From positions 428,933 through 492,932 of the forward strand of contig JAPMXV010000030.1 of the NCBI GenBank assembly GCA_026936335.1: DNA of 64,000 bases, written 5' to 3'. Within the stretch, counting starts at the first letter, position 1, and each line of letters opens with the position of its first letter. The notes beneath the pieces are model-generated. The model made no database searches, was not told where the DNA came from, and worked only from the letters and a program-made list of their open reading frames with translations. The stretch comes from Mantamonas sphyraenae STR306 (lineage: Eukaryota; Protista; CRuMs). Made by a program: the position numbers and the translations under genes. Positions 1-10,583 of this stretch are shown here, piece by piece.

Positions 1-24
1 TGTCAAACACTGTGTGTCACCTAC

Positions 25-951
25 CTTGCTCTTGGCAGTGTACTGGCCACGAGCCAGCATGCCCGACGGCGCGGTCTCCACGGGCGTCTTGTACTCGTAG
101 GGCTCGGCGGCAGGGCCGTAGGAACCGAGCATGGTGTCTCCCTTGTCCACTGTAACCAGGCACGGGGATGCACAAGGAATGGGGGGTTCCATGGGGTGTA
201 AGCATGCGGTGTGGCGGGCTGTGTGTGCATGGCGAGTGGGGATGAAACCAAAGATGTGTGTGCGGGGATTCCCCTCTCACCGCTGCGTGGCCAACGAGCA
301 CACATCATGGATGGGGATAGGCAGACACACATACCTCGGATGCCCTTCTTGTACACCAGGTTGACGTAGTGGAGACCAGAGACGATCTCGTGCTGAACAC
401 GGAACTTGAACTGGATCTGGTAGTCGGCCTTCTCCTTGATGGTGAACGGGTTCTCCGTCAGGAACTGGAGCCCCTCGTCCGTGGACAGGTCGTACTCAAT
501 CGGGTCGATGTCCTCCGACAGCAGCGTCATGGTCTCGACAACCACCTGGCGCGGGTCGTCCGTGGACTCTGTTGTGTATGGGCCGCACAAAAGTCGCCGG
601 GACTGTGTGTCAGCTCAGGCAGCGCCGGCGAGAGGGAAATCTGCCGCGCGAGCTTCCGCCGCCCTTTCTCACGGTTCCCCAGGCCTCCCTGTGCCACTGC
701 ATGCACACGCGCATGTGACAAGGGCCATGCACAAGGGCCATCCCTATCCCTGGACTCGACAGTGGAGACTCACCCTCGGCACCTGCCAGCAGCTGGGCCT
801 TCCACTTGTTCAGCGACTCGTCGTCTTTGTCCAGCTCCAGCAGCGTGTCCTTGTCCACCTTCTCGGCCACCTTGTAACCAGGCGTCTGCTCGGGCAGTTC
901 ATCGTCCACCTCTGTGTTTCCATTGGAGCTTCCTCCGTCGGTCGTGGACAT
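25..951 (-). CDS. Rho GDP-dissociation inhibitor (3' end runs off the window)
   Basis: Exons 951-774, 568-335 and 149-25 join in frame via GT-AG. Motifs '[16 protein letters not shown]', '[27 protein letters not shown]', 'MLGSYGP' and '[11 protein letters not shown]' are RhoGDI hallmarks. Confidence 0.95.
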
Positions 952-1539
952 GGTTGAGTCAGAAGTTTTCGGTGGCTTGCGCCGCGTCTTCCAGCACGAA
1001 ACTGTAGGTTCGGAGAGTGTGGGCAGAGGTCCACGCACAAGGCCATGTGTTTGTGATCAGACGGTGCAGTGTGATCCTTGTGTCTGTGTCTGTGGCTGTG
1101 GCTGTGGCTGTGGCTGTGCGTGCGCCGTTGGAAGAGGTTCCCTGGCGCCACATGTGCCGTCGCTGGTTCGTCCTTTGGCACGTCTTGACGACCTCGGCGA
1201 GGGCAGAGAAGGCAGCATGCATGCACCTGTGCGTGGATTGGTGTACAAAGTGTGTGCTCGTGTGTTGGTTTCGTTGTATATCGGCCCACACGAGCGCTCG
1301 TGGCCGCAGAGAACAAGCGAGGAAATTCCCTCCAGCGAGTTCCACGCGATGCACGCAAGCCACAGCCATACGGCCAGAAGCCACATACACACAGACACGG
1401 ACACCAGCAGACAGAAGCATGCACAGAGAGGGAGGGAGGGAGAAAGAGAGATGTGTGGTACACACACACTCCACACACACAGGGGACACTAACACAGAAC
1501 CGCCCCCCCACCGGCGGGTCCCTCCTGCAGAAATCAACA

Positions 1540-1767
1540 ATGGGCAAGAGCTTCTTCCTGCGAGTTCCCAACAAGATTGTGACCACCGCTCTGGCGCCGC
1601 TGGAGCATGCTCCGACCAAGGGTGTGGTGGGCAAGTACATGGGCAATGCCCCGCGCAAGCTGACGGACAACGCTCTGGATGTGTCCTTTGGTCTGCTGGT
1701 GGGCGTCGGCACCTACACGTATGCCAACAACAAGTATGCCCAGCTGGAGTATGAGCACCGTTTCTGA
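1540..1767 (+). CDS. QCR8: Cytochrome bc1 complex subunit 8 (QCR8/UQCRQ family)
   Basis: 75 aa, 'MGK...TALAPLE...VGTYTYA...LEYEHRF' with one TM segment; resembles plant-type QCR8 (ALSPFQ...VGTYWYA...LEHRF). Confidence 0.75.
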   Translation: MGKSFFLRVPNKIVTTALAPLEHAPTKGVVGKYMGNAPRKLTDNALDVSFGLLVGVGTYTYANNKYAQLEYEHRF

Positions 1768-1778
1768 GCTTGGATGGC

Positions 1779-4700
1779 ATGTCACTCAATCAATCAAACC
1801 AAATGAACAGCACGCTCACGCGTTTCATGGCAACCCAACTTCCAAAACCTCTTTCTTGCCCCACCATGCACACCCGGCTCCCTCGCATGGGACGCCGTGG
1901 GTCCGATCTGGGCACTTTGTCGGCGATGTCATCGTGGAACACAGACCTGCACAAAGACTCCAAGTCGGCGGTGGAGGGGGCGTTGATGGAGAGTCGCAAG
2001 AAGCGGTCGCCACGCACCAAGCCATCGCTGACAGTGATCACCAGCCACACGGCCAGTGGTAGGCAGCCGTCCAACAAAAGCGTACAGCGCGTCAGCAGCC
2101 GCACCACAGGCATCCCGTCCCCGAGCGACTCGGCCAAAGGTTGGAACACCAAACGGTCAACATCTTCCCTGTCCCTGCTGGGGCCCAAGAGTGCCTCGCC
2201 ACACAGCAACAACACACCCAAGACCGAGTTGAACCTGTCCTCCGTCGTGGTCAACACTCCTCCCGCACCCAAACCACGTCCAAACGCAAAGAACAGCAAC
2301 GCAAACGTGGCGGGCGCTGCTGCTGCAGGAAGCGGCGGCCGAAAAGGTTCGCTACGCAAGTCCATTTCCACCCACGCCCCACGTCCCAACGCAGCCCAGA
2401 TGCGAGCCACAAGCCGCAAGGCGTCGCTGTTGCGCATCGAACGCCGCAGCATGGTGCTCCCGTCGGAGAAGCAGCTGTTGCGTGCGGAATCGTCGTCCTC
2501 AAGCGAGTCGGACGAAGCACGAGAAGGCTCCACGGAAGACCTGGACGACGACGCCGACGAGGAATTGGCACGAAACACAGCACTGAACAAGGAAGGCCAT
2601 GGCATGGGGGAACGCAAGACAGCGCCGCCACCGCCGCCTCCACCTCGTCCCAAGACGAAGGAGGAGCTGGAAGAGGAGAATCTGGAGCTGTACGAGGAAC
2701 ACAGTTTGGCACGGAGGTACCGCAAGACGGTGCTTAGTTCCCACCAGCGACGTCTGCTGGGCAAAGTGGAGGAGCAGATCCATGAGCGAATGATGAGTTC
2801 GTTGATGAACAGCCACAATGGCACAAACACACGCTCCATCCTCGCCCTGAGCACAGGTGACACGGCAAGGGCCATGCAAGAGGCCGAGCCCAGCGCACGC
2901 GAGAAACTCAGCCAGACACTGGCCGATGCTCCTTTGCTGTATGCCACGGGTGATTTGATGACATACAATGGTGCCCCTGGCGTGCTGGCAACCGACGACC
3001 CGCCAGCCACCACCAGTGCCCTCACTGCCTCTGGCACCAGTGCAGGAATGGGTGCCATGGGTGCCTCGTCGACTGCAACGTCGTCTGGTGGCGTCATCAA
3101 CACGGCGGCCACGGGTGAATCCATGACGTGGGAGAGCGCAGTGCGACCCACGCGACGGCCGGACAACGCCTCCCCGTTGGACTATTCCGTCAAGTACTTT
3201 ATCAACGGCGAGCAGATCCGAGTGGTGAACTACCAAGCACGCGTATACTGTGTGCTGGTGGACGTGCTGCAGTTTCTGCAGATTCCAGGCGATGCAAACG
3301 AGATTGCCGCGGGCCTGCCGGACGCGGAGAAGCGACTGCTGCGCATCTTTGCCAACCAGGGTCTCAGTGTCGTCACGTGTGTGGACAGCGCCGCCCTGTT
3401 TCGCTTGGTGCTGCGTTCGCGACGCAAACAGCGCCTCAAGACAAAGGAAACCGACGACGACGAGACAAAGGCGGATCTGGACGCCGTGGGAGACGTGGAC
3501 AGCCATGGAAACGTGCACATTCGTCACGCGTCCAAGAACCGTCCGTTGCTGAACAACCTGAACGACGAGTTTTACGTGATCAACGAGTTCCACACCTGGA
3601 TCTCGGCCATTCGGTACAAGGAACGCGGGGTGGACAGCAAGCAAACGTCGATTAGTTCGTACAAGGAACATGCGATTGAAAAGCAGCAGCCAAGCAAGCC
3701 CGACGGCGTGGAGCAGTTTGAGGCCGAGGCGGAGGTGGCCATGCGCGACTTTGAAAACGCCCTGTCGCCCAACGGATGGGAACCGACGGGCAAGAACCAC
3801 ACGGTGAACGTGCAGCGACGCTCGCTGACACCCAATGAGTTTGTGTGCATCAAGGCGACGAGTACGGTGCGGTGCAGTGCGCTGGAGTTTTTCGATGCCG
3901 TGTGGAATCTGGACAAGCACAGGCAGTGGGACAATATGTTTGTGCAGGGCAACACAGTGGTGGAAATCAACAAGCACATCCAGGTGGTACGCACGGTGTA
4001 TCGCATCCCGTACCCATACTCGCCGAATCCGCAGAAGAACCGAGAGTTCTGTGTGCTGCGCACGTTCCATCGCGACAAGAAAGACGGCACAATCATGATT
4101 GCAGAACGGTCCATCCTGCACGACAAGGCACCTTCGCCCATCGAACGGCTGAACAAGCTGCATCGATACAAACGCAGCGACCCCAAGTGGATTGCCCTCA
4201 AGGCGGAACGCAAACGCCGCGAGGAGGCACACACGCTGGCCAAGCGCCAAATCAAGGAGCAGCACAAGCATATGGACGAAGAGGCACAGAAGAAACAGTT
4301 GGAAGCGAGTGTGGTGACTGCGCTGATGGCACGGTCTGCTTCAGGAGCCGTTCGCACGCCGCCACACACGCCGCCTGGTTCACCGGGGGCTTCGCAGCAC
4401 GATGATGCTCTGCAACGCATGCTGGGCAAGATGGCAACGCAGGCAGCAGTGATGTCGGGATCACGCGGAAGCAGTGATCACGACGACAGCAGCGACGACG
4501 AGCTGGGTAGGGTGCGCACAACACGTCGCACACGCACACGCAGTGTGAAGAAGGCAGCGTTGGAGCAGCAATTGTTGTCACGGCTGCAGGGCACGGCAGG
4601 GTCCGTGGACGAGGTTGAGGAAAGCGACGAGGCCATGGCGGATGCGTTGGACATGCTGACGACACAGCAGTTGGAGGATGAAGAGTGGTCTGAGACAGAG

Positions 4701-6596
4701 ACCCCCGAGTACGAGGGACAGGTCACGGGTGCGGGGGAAGACATGGAGATGGAGGAGATACAGCGGGAACGTGCGGAACGCATGCGTACATTTGAACTGC
4801 AACGCATGTCACTGGAGCGTCAACGCAACCTGATCATGACAGAGACGGAGAGCACAAGCACAGAGTACGGTGACTTGGGATCACCTGCAGCAGGGGCAGA
4901 TCTGCGCATGCGTGTGTTGAGCGGCGCCGGCGCCGGCGGTGGCACGAACAACCACAACAAGACCAGTGGAAGCAGTGGCAGCAGCGGCAGCAGCGGTAGT
5001 GGCAGGGTGGGTGGTGGGTTGGGGTTGGATGACTCGCTGATGAGCGTGGACACAGAGACGATGGTGGGCATGCACGGAGACGGATCACTGGGAGTGGAAT
5101 CGGGAGAAAGCGCAGACACGACGTCGCAGGAAGGCAAGGAAGAAGGCGGTGGTGGCAGTAAGAGGACAGGAAGGAAGAAGAAGTTGAAGCTGAGCGAGGT
5201 GATGCGACGTCGCAAACGGTACCCGCAGCACAGGCGACGCAAGGCCAAGACCAAGAAGGACAGCAAGAGCATGACAGAGCTCATGGTGGAGACGGATGTG
5301 AAACACGAGGTGCACAAGTTGTTTATGCTTGTGCGTGGCGAGGTGTACTCGTCGGGATATGTGATTCGTCCGGGCCAGGACAAGAAGCACTGCCACGTGA
5401 CGTATGTGAACCAGAGCAACATGCGGTTCAACATCCCCTTTTACGTGCGCAAGATGTACGAGGACACACGGCCGCTGATCCTGCGTGACATTGAGAACTA
5501 TGTGCGTCGGGAAGCCGCAGAACGACGCCAGGAACGCAGCAGCACGCAGTTGGAACGTCACACGCTGGTCACCAACGACAACTTTGAGCGTGTGCAACAG
5601 GAGGAGGAAGAGCGCGTGTTTGCCATGGGCGGCGGCAGGTGAGTCAATGGATTTGGATATCAGCTCAAGCAGTGTGAGTAGTCGTGGTGACAGTGGCAGC
5701 GGCACTCGGGATCAAGAGTCGTTGGACACATCGTCATCGTCGTCAGAGACATTCAGTAGTTTCTTGGAGCGTGGGGCAGGGCGAAGGCCGCAAATGCTGC
5801 CCGACTTTGGCAGCGCACGAAAACGGCACCTGGACTCGGATAGCGAGGGCAGCGTGGGTGAGGGCGGAGACAGCGACGACAGCGATGACGATGGGTTTGT
5901 CAACCCGCGTGAGGGACCCATTGAAAGCAATGAGCTGGTGTACGAGCGTGTTCGGCAAGGATTGGGCAAAGGTAAGGTTCTGGCGAAAAGACACCGCCAC
6001 ACACACACTGCACCTCAGCACACAGCAAGCAAAGGGATGCACAGGCTGACATTGTGCATGAGGACTCCATGGATGTGTGCACAGCGGACTTTTTCGCCAG
6101 AAACAAGGCGGTGCCTCACTACAAGACACGTGTGGGTGGCAACTTTCAGGTCGATGCACTGCCAGATCCGATGGCAGAGGTGGAGGAAGAGGAGGAAGAG
6201 GAGGAGGAGCAAGAAGACAGTACACGGAGGAGGACACAGGTGGAGGAGGATGACACAGCAGGAGTAGATAGGAAGGGCAAGGCAAAGGAGACGGAGAAGC
6301 CGCCGCCGCCTGGCTTTGTGTACAAGACCAAGATGGTGCATGGACGAGAGGTGCGGTACCTGAGCGAAGCACGGAGAGGTGGGTTTGAAACGGAGGAGAG
6401 TGCACAAGAGGTTGTGGACGCGGTGCTGGTGGAGCAATTGGCACGCGAAGTGGAGATGGAGGAACAGCATACCAGCATTGCCAAAATCATCGGCGACGAG
6501 ATTGTCACCGAGGAAGAGTACCAGCAGGAGCGCAGGGCGTTCCGACTGCCACTCAAGAAGCGGTACAGGCAGGAGAGCGGATCAAGCACCAACTGA
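1779..6596 (+). CDS. Large low-complexity protein with a Bro-N-like domain, a split START lipid-binding domain and an ELM2-like motif (probably one gene broken by a +1 indel at ggg 5627-5629; intron 5972-6084)
   Basis: Bro-N-like 'YFINGEQIRVVNYQARVYCVLVDVLQFL...CVDSAALFRLVLRSR' (~3190-3620). START N-half 'IKATSTV..SALEFFDAVWNLDKHRQWD..NREFCVLR..ERSILH' (~3770-4140) and C-half 'VRGEVYSSGYVIRP..CHVTYVNQ..IPFYV' (~5330-5510). Removing one G at 5627 reads through into 'AMAAAGESMDLDI'. Last exon has 'RVGGNFQVDALP'. Start codon uncertain; 5647-6596 may be a separate gene. Confidence 0.7.
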
Positions 6597-6611
6597 AGAT
6601 GCAACGCCGCT

Positions 6612-9569
6612 TCATTCCTTCACGGGCAGGGTCAGCATGGCGTGGTGGATACTCTCACTGCGCAGATTGTACTGCGAGATCATCGAGGCGCCGTATGCAC
6701 CTGCAGTGCCGATGAGGATGACGTCGCCCGGGTCGCATTCGGGGAGCGGGCGTTCGGTGCCAAACACATCTCCCGATTCGCAGACGTTGCCGACGACGTT
6801 GGCCAGCATGGTGGCGGTCTCGTCGGCCTTGGACAGGTTGACAATTTCGTGAAAGGCGCCGTAGAGGGCCGGGCGGATGAGAGCATACATACCTGCGTTG
6901 ATGCCCACGTAGTTGATTTCATACTTGCGCTTGGTCTGGGTCACCTTGGCCAGCAGTACACCCGAGGTGGCCACAAGGTAGCGCCCGGGTTCCAACCACA
7001 GCTCCACGTCGGGATAGGCCTGTGCAAATGCCTCCAGGCTCTCCTCGACGGCGTGCAAATCCAGGTCTGTTTGACCATCGCGTTCGACGACGCCCAGGCC
7101 ACCACCCAGGTCCAGGTAGCGCACGTGGGGAAACGTCTCCATGAGGGCAACGAGGAAACGGGCGTTGTCCACCCACTCGTTGGGGGTCAGGATGCCCGAG
7201 CCCACGTGGACGTGCAAGCCGACAATGCGGATGTCGTGGGTGTTGCTCACCTGCTCCAGTTCCTCAATGTCTGTCATGGGAATGCCAAACTTGGAGGTTT
7301 TCCCTGCGGTTTTCACCTTTTCGTGGTGGCCCTTGCCCACGCCGGGGTCCAGACGGACGAGAATCTCTTTGCCGGCAAAGAGGTCGCTCCACATTTCCAG
7401 CACCTGGAGGTTGTCCACGTTGACATGCACCCCCATCTCAAAGGCAAGCTCGTACTCCTCACGGCTGGCAAAGTTGGGTGTAAACAGGATACGTGTGGGG
7501 TCGATGTCAGGAAACAGCGTTTGGACCTGCTTCAGCTCGCCCGGGGACACACACTCGAAACCCAGACCCATGTCATGGAAGATCTGAAGGATCTGTTCGG
7601 TAAAGTTGGCCTTGATGGCGTAGAAGACGCGACGGACGCACGAGAGGCTTGTGAGAGAGTTTGCTCGCGCACGCAAGGATTCTTCGTCGTACACATACGC
7701 AGGCGTGTGCTGCTCGGCAATGGACAGCAGCTCGTCGCGACGTGTGTACCACCACGGATAAAGGAAGTTGGAGGCCGGGTCGACGAGGGTGCCGTCGAGG
7801 AGTTCGGCGTCGAGAGCAGCGTGGTCTTGTGCGGTGTCCAGGGCGTCACCCACACTGCTGTTGGTGGCAGCATCGTTGACATTGGGGCCCAGCTGAGACC
7901 AAGAGAGACCAAACAGGTTTGTGTTGATGGCTACGTTGGGGCCGAAGAAGGCCTCGTGGAGCTTGGTGACGAGCCGTTGGGCATCCTCCGAGTCGACGAC
8001 AAAGGAAAGGGACAGGTCGTAGTCACTCTTGCTGACCATGCGCACGGCCTTTTCTCGAAACAGAGCCATGGCGGATTCGATCTGGTGCATGGCGCCGCCG
8101 ATCTTGGGGCCAATGAGTGACACGGAGCAGCAATTTTCGATGACACGCACGTTGCAGATGGTGGACAGGTCCTGGGTCAGCTTGGACAGCCACGGGTAGC
8201 TGTTGTCCAGGGATTGCTGGACGACAGACACAGTGACGGTGGTTTCGGAGGTGGAAACAAGATCCACGGGCACCTGGTGTTGGCTGAAGAACTGAAAGGC
8301 AGCGGCCAGGAAGCCAAACTGGTTCCACATGGAGATGGAGGACATGACAATGAGCACAATGTCATCCTTGGCCACCACAGCCTTGACAAAGGCCAACGAG
8401 TGGCCAATCTGCGGGTTGGCAATGAGGGTGCCGACCTCTGCGCGCTGATCGCCCTGTCCAGGGTCTTCCACGCTGAGAATGCGCAGCGGGATGGACGCCT
8501 GCTCGCAAATGTAGACAAAGAAGGGATGGATGTCAAAGTCGGAGGAAGCCGAGGCAAACTCTTGGGCTTCGGCGTAGGTGAGGAAGCGGATTTGCTTGGC
8601 GTTGGGCAACAGGCTGGGGTTGGCCGTAAACACGCCGGAACGTCCACGTGTCCAGTATTCCACAGCGGGTGCATGGACCATGGCAGCAAGATAGGCAGCG
8701 TTGAGATCCTGGGTGGTGCTGCGGCTGAGGAGCACATGACGGCCCTTGGCATCGCTTGCAAGATGGCGTTGGGTCAGGTAGACACGCACGGGAGCCTCCT
8801 GTGCATTGTCAGTGTCGTCGTTGGAGCCTTTTGTGGTGCCGGGTGTCTGTTGAAGGCGTTCTGCGAGGTGGGTGGGGATGGAGATGGGTTCGGCAAGCGG
8901 ATCAAATTCGGGCAGCTCGTAGAGTGCGCCACGCTGGACCGGAGTGGCGTTGTTGAGCACAGTGGAGATGTCAAAGCTGCGGCAGGGCAGCTGGGCGACG
9001 TGTTCAAAGTATGCTTGGAGGAGACGCAGGGACATGGCAAGGACGAGGACGCGAAGTTGGGTGTCTGCACGGGGAGAGACTTCGGAGAGCAACTGACAGC
9101 CGAGGACCAGGCGACGGATGGCAGCCGAGTGTTCCTGGATATCGGTGTGCATGGCTTGGACGGCTTCTGTCTTTTCGTCTCCCAGAAGGGTCACCAGCTC
9201 GGAGAGGAGGGAGTTGAAGGGCTGAAGAAGCATGTCGGCAGCCGGAGACTCGGCCACAGAGGAGGTGGAGACGTCATCGGAAGCGGCAGCGACGACGGCG
9301 AGGGCGGTGGAGATGACGGAAGAGGAGGAGGCGGCGGAGGAGGACAGGGAGCTGCTGGGGTTGCCATCGAGGTGGTCGGCAAGGTGAGTGATGGCCGAAA
9401 ACACAGTGGCTGGGGCCGGGATGACCAGCAGGATGTGCCCCGAGGAGCTGGTGTCGAGGACTCGTTTGACACAAGAGGCTACTTGGGCCAAACTGGCGGC
9501 AGAGGAGAGGCACTCCTCGTCGAGCTGGACGACAAGTTTGCACTTTTCGAGGTCTTCGGTGCTGCTCAT
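6612..9569 (-). CDS. lysA: Bifunctional aspartate kinase / diaminopimelate decarboxylase (LysC-LysA fusion)
   Basis: Intronless. AAK-like region plus two ACT domains ('MWNQFGFLAAAF..VDLVSTSETTVTVS'), then DAPDC with 'FYAIKAN', 'SKFGI', 'HVHVGS', 'LEPGRY', 'CESGD' and 'AGAYG'. Confidence 0.93.
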   Translation of the reverse strand: MSSTEDLEKCKLVVQLDEECLSSAASLAQVASCVKRVLDTSSSGHILLVIPAPATVFSAITHLADHLDGNPSSSLSSSAASSSSVISTALAVVAAASDDVSTSSVAESPAADMLLQPFNSLLSELVTLLGDEKTEAVQAMHTDIQEHSAAIRRLVLGCQLLSEVSPRADTQLRVLVLAMSLRLLQAYFEHVAQLPCRSFDISTVLNNATPVQRGALYELPEFDPLAEPISIPTHLAERLQQTPGTTKGSNDDTDNAQEAPVRVYLTQRHLASDAKGRHVLLSRSTTQDLNAAYLAAMVHAPAVEYWTRGRSGVFTANPSLLPNAKQIRFLTYAEAQEFASASSDFDIHPFFVYICEQASIPLRILSVEDPGQGDQRAEVGTLIANPQIGHSLAFVKAVVAKDDIVLIVMSSISMWNQFGFLAAAFQFFSQHQVPVDLVSTSETTVTVSVVQQSLDNSYPWLSKLTQDLSTICNVRVIENCCSVSLIGPKIGGAMHQIESAMALFREKAVRMVSKSDYDLSLSFVVDSEDAQRLVTKLHEAFFGPNVAINTNLFGLSWSQLGPNVNDAATNSSVGDALDTAQDHAALDAELLDGTLVDPASNFLYPWWYTRRDELLSIAEQHTPAYVYDEESLRARANSLTSLSCVRRVFYAIKANFTEQILQIFHDMGLGFECVSPGELKQVQTLFPDIDPTRILFTPNFASREEYELAFEMGVHVNVDNLQVLEMWSDLFAGKEILVRLDPGVGKGHHEKVKTAGKTSKFGIPMTDIEELEQVSNTHDIRIVGLHVHVGSGILTPNEWVDNARFLVALMETFPHVRYLDLGGGLGVVERDGQTDLDLHAVEESLEAFAQAYPDVELWLEPGRYLVATSGVLLAKVTQTKRKYEINYVGINAGMYALIRPALYGAFHEIVNLSKADETATMLANVVGNVCESGDVFGTERPLPECDPGDVILIGTAGAYGASMISQYNLRSESIHHAMLTLPVKE

Positions 9570-9585
9570 GGGGGGAAGAGGTGGT

Positions 9586-10503
9586 TCATTCGGCGCCCGA
9601 GTGCTTCTCCAACATCTCCTGGTACTGTGTGTGGTACGCAGACGCAAGGTACTCAAAGGGCAGCTCCATGTCGATTCCCTTGGCCACGCTGATCTCAAAG
9701 GCCTCCATCCCTCGCTCTCGGGCCCACTCGATGGCCTCGTCGCCGTCGACCTCGCGCTTCTCGCCAAGGTCCGACTTGTTTCCCACGAGGACATCTGAAT
9801 GAAGGAACACGGGTTGGGGGGAGGAGGAAAAGGGTGAGCGTGTGGGTGTATGGGAAGGGGGAACGAATCCAGAAAAGGTGGATCAACGCACAATGGATCT
9901 TGCCGTCCAGACCCACACTGGAGAGCTGTTTGAGCCAGCCGTCGAGAGAGTCGTAGCTTTCGCGATTGGAGATATCATACATGAGGACAACCATGTTTGC
10001 GTTGTCCCACTGCGGGGTATGGAGGATACGGGAGATTTGGGGGTCAGAGAGAGCGATCACACAGACGCACAAGGTGGGCAGAGGGACCCGGGAAGGAGGA
10101 CATACAAACTTGGGCACCATGTCCCGATACATGTCCTGGCCAGCACAGTCGTGGAAGAAGAACTCGACGCGTGTGTCTTCTGTGTCGGGAACGTTGAAGG
10201 ATTTGCTGCTCAGGCCCATGCCAATAGTCTGTGTGTGCGTGGGAAGACGTGGGTGATTGTGTGCGTACGAATGGAGTGTGTGTGTGGGTGGGTGTGCGTA
10301 CGTGGGTCAGCCGAGTGTGCTGTGGGATGCAGGAGAGACGAGAGATGGCGGGGCGCGCCAAAAAACGGCCAACACAGGGTGCAACACACCATGTAGTAGG
10401 TTTGGGCATATTCCGCGCCATCGCTGAGCAGCCACTGGACCATGGCACTCTTTCCCACACAAGCGTCGCCGACAATGAGGGTCTTTGCACGCAGAATGAG
10501 CAT
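9586..10503 (-). CDS. IFT27: Intraflagellar transport protein 27 (Rab-like GTPase), 4 exons
   Basis: 'LRAKTLIVGDACVGKSA..SDGAEYAQTYYM', 'VPDTEDTRVEFFFHDCAGQ' and 'VLVGNKSDL'; no C-terminal prenylation cysteine. Confidence 0.88.
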
Positions 10504-10583
10504 GGTTTGAGGGGGGGAATCGTTTGGGCGCGACGGGGCGACCTGCAGACAACGACAACCCCTCCTGCACGACCACCTCAACG

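Noticed and set aside
959-1500. Minus-strand ORF ending 7 bp before the RhoGDI ATG
   Set aside because: No recognisable domain and built partly from (TGTGGC)n and CA repeats. May be UTR or promoter; a small gene cannot be excluded.
5642-5647. 4-bp gap suggesting a bicistronic arrangement
   Set aside because: Better explained by one extra G at 5627-5629 splitting a single gene.
6642-9692. Long antisense ORFs here and opposite other genes (e.g. 14800-16908, 32016-33971, 43682-45460)
   Set aside because: Shadow ORFs caused by high GC3 codon bias.
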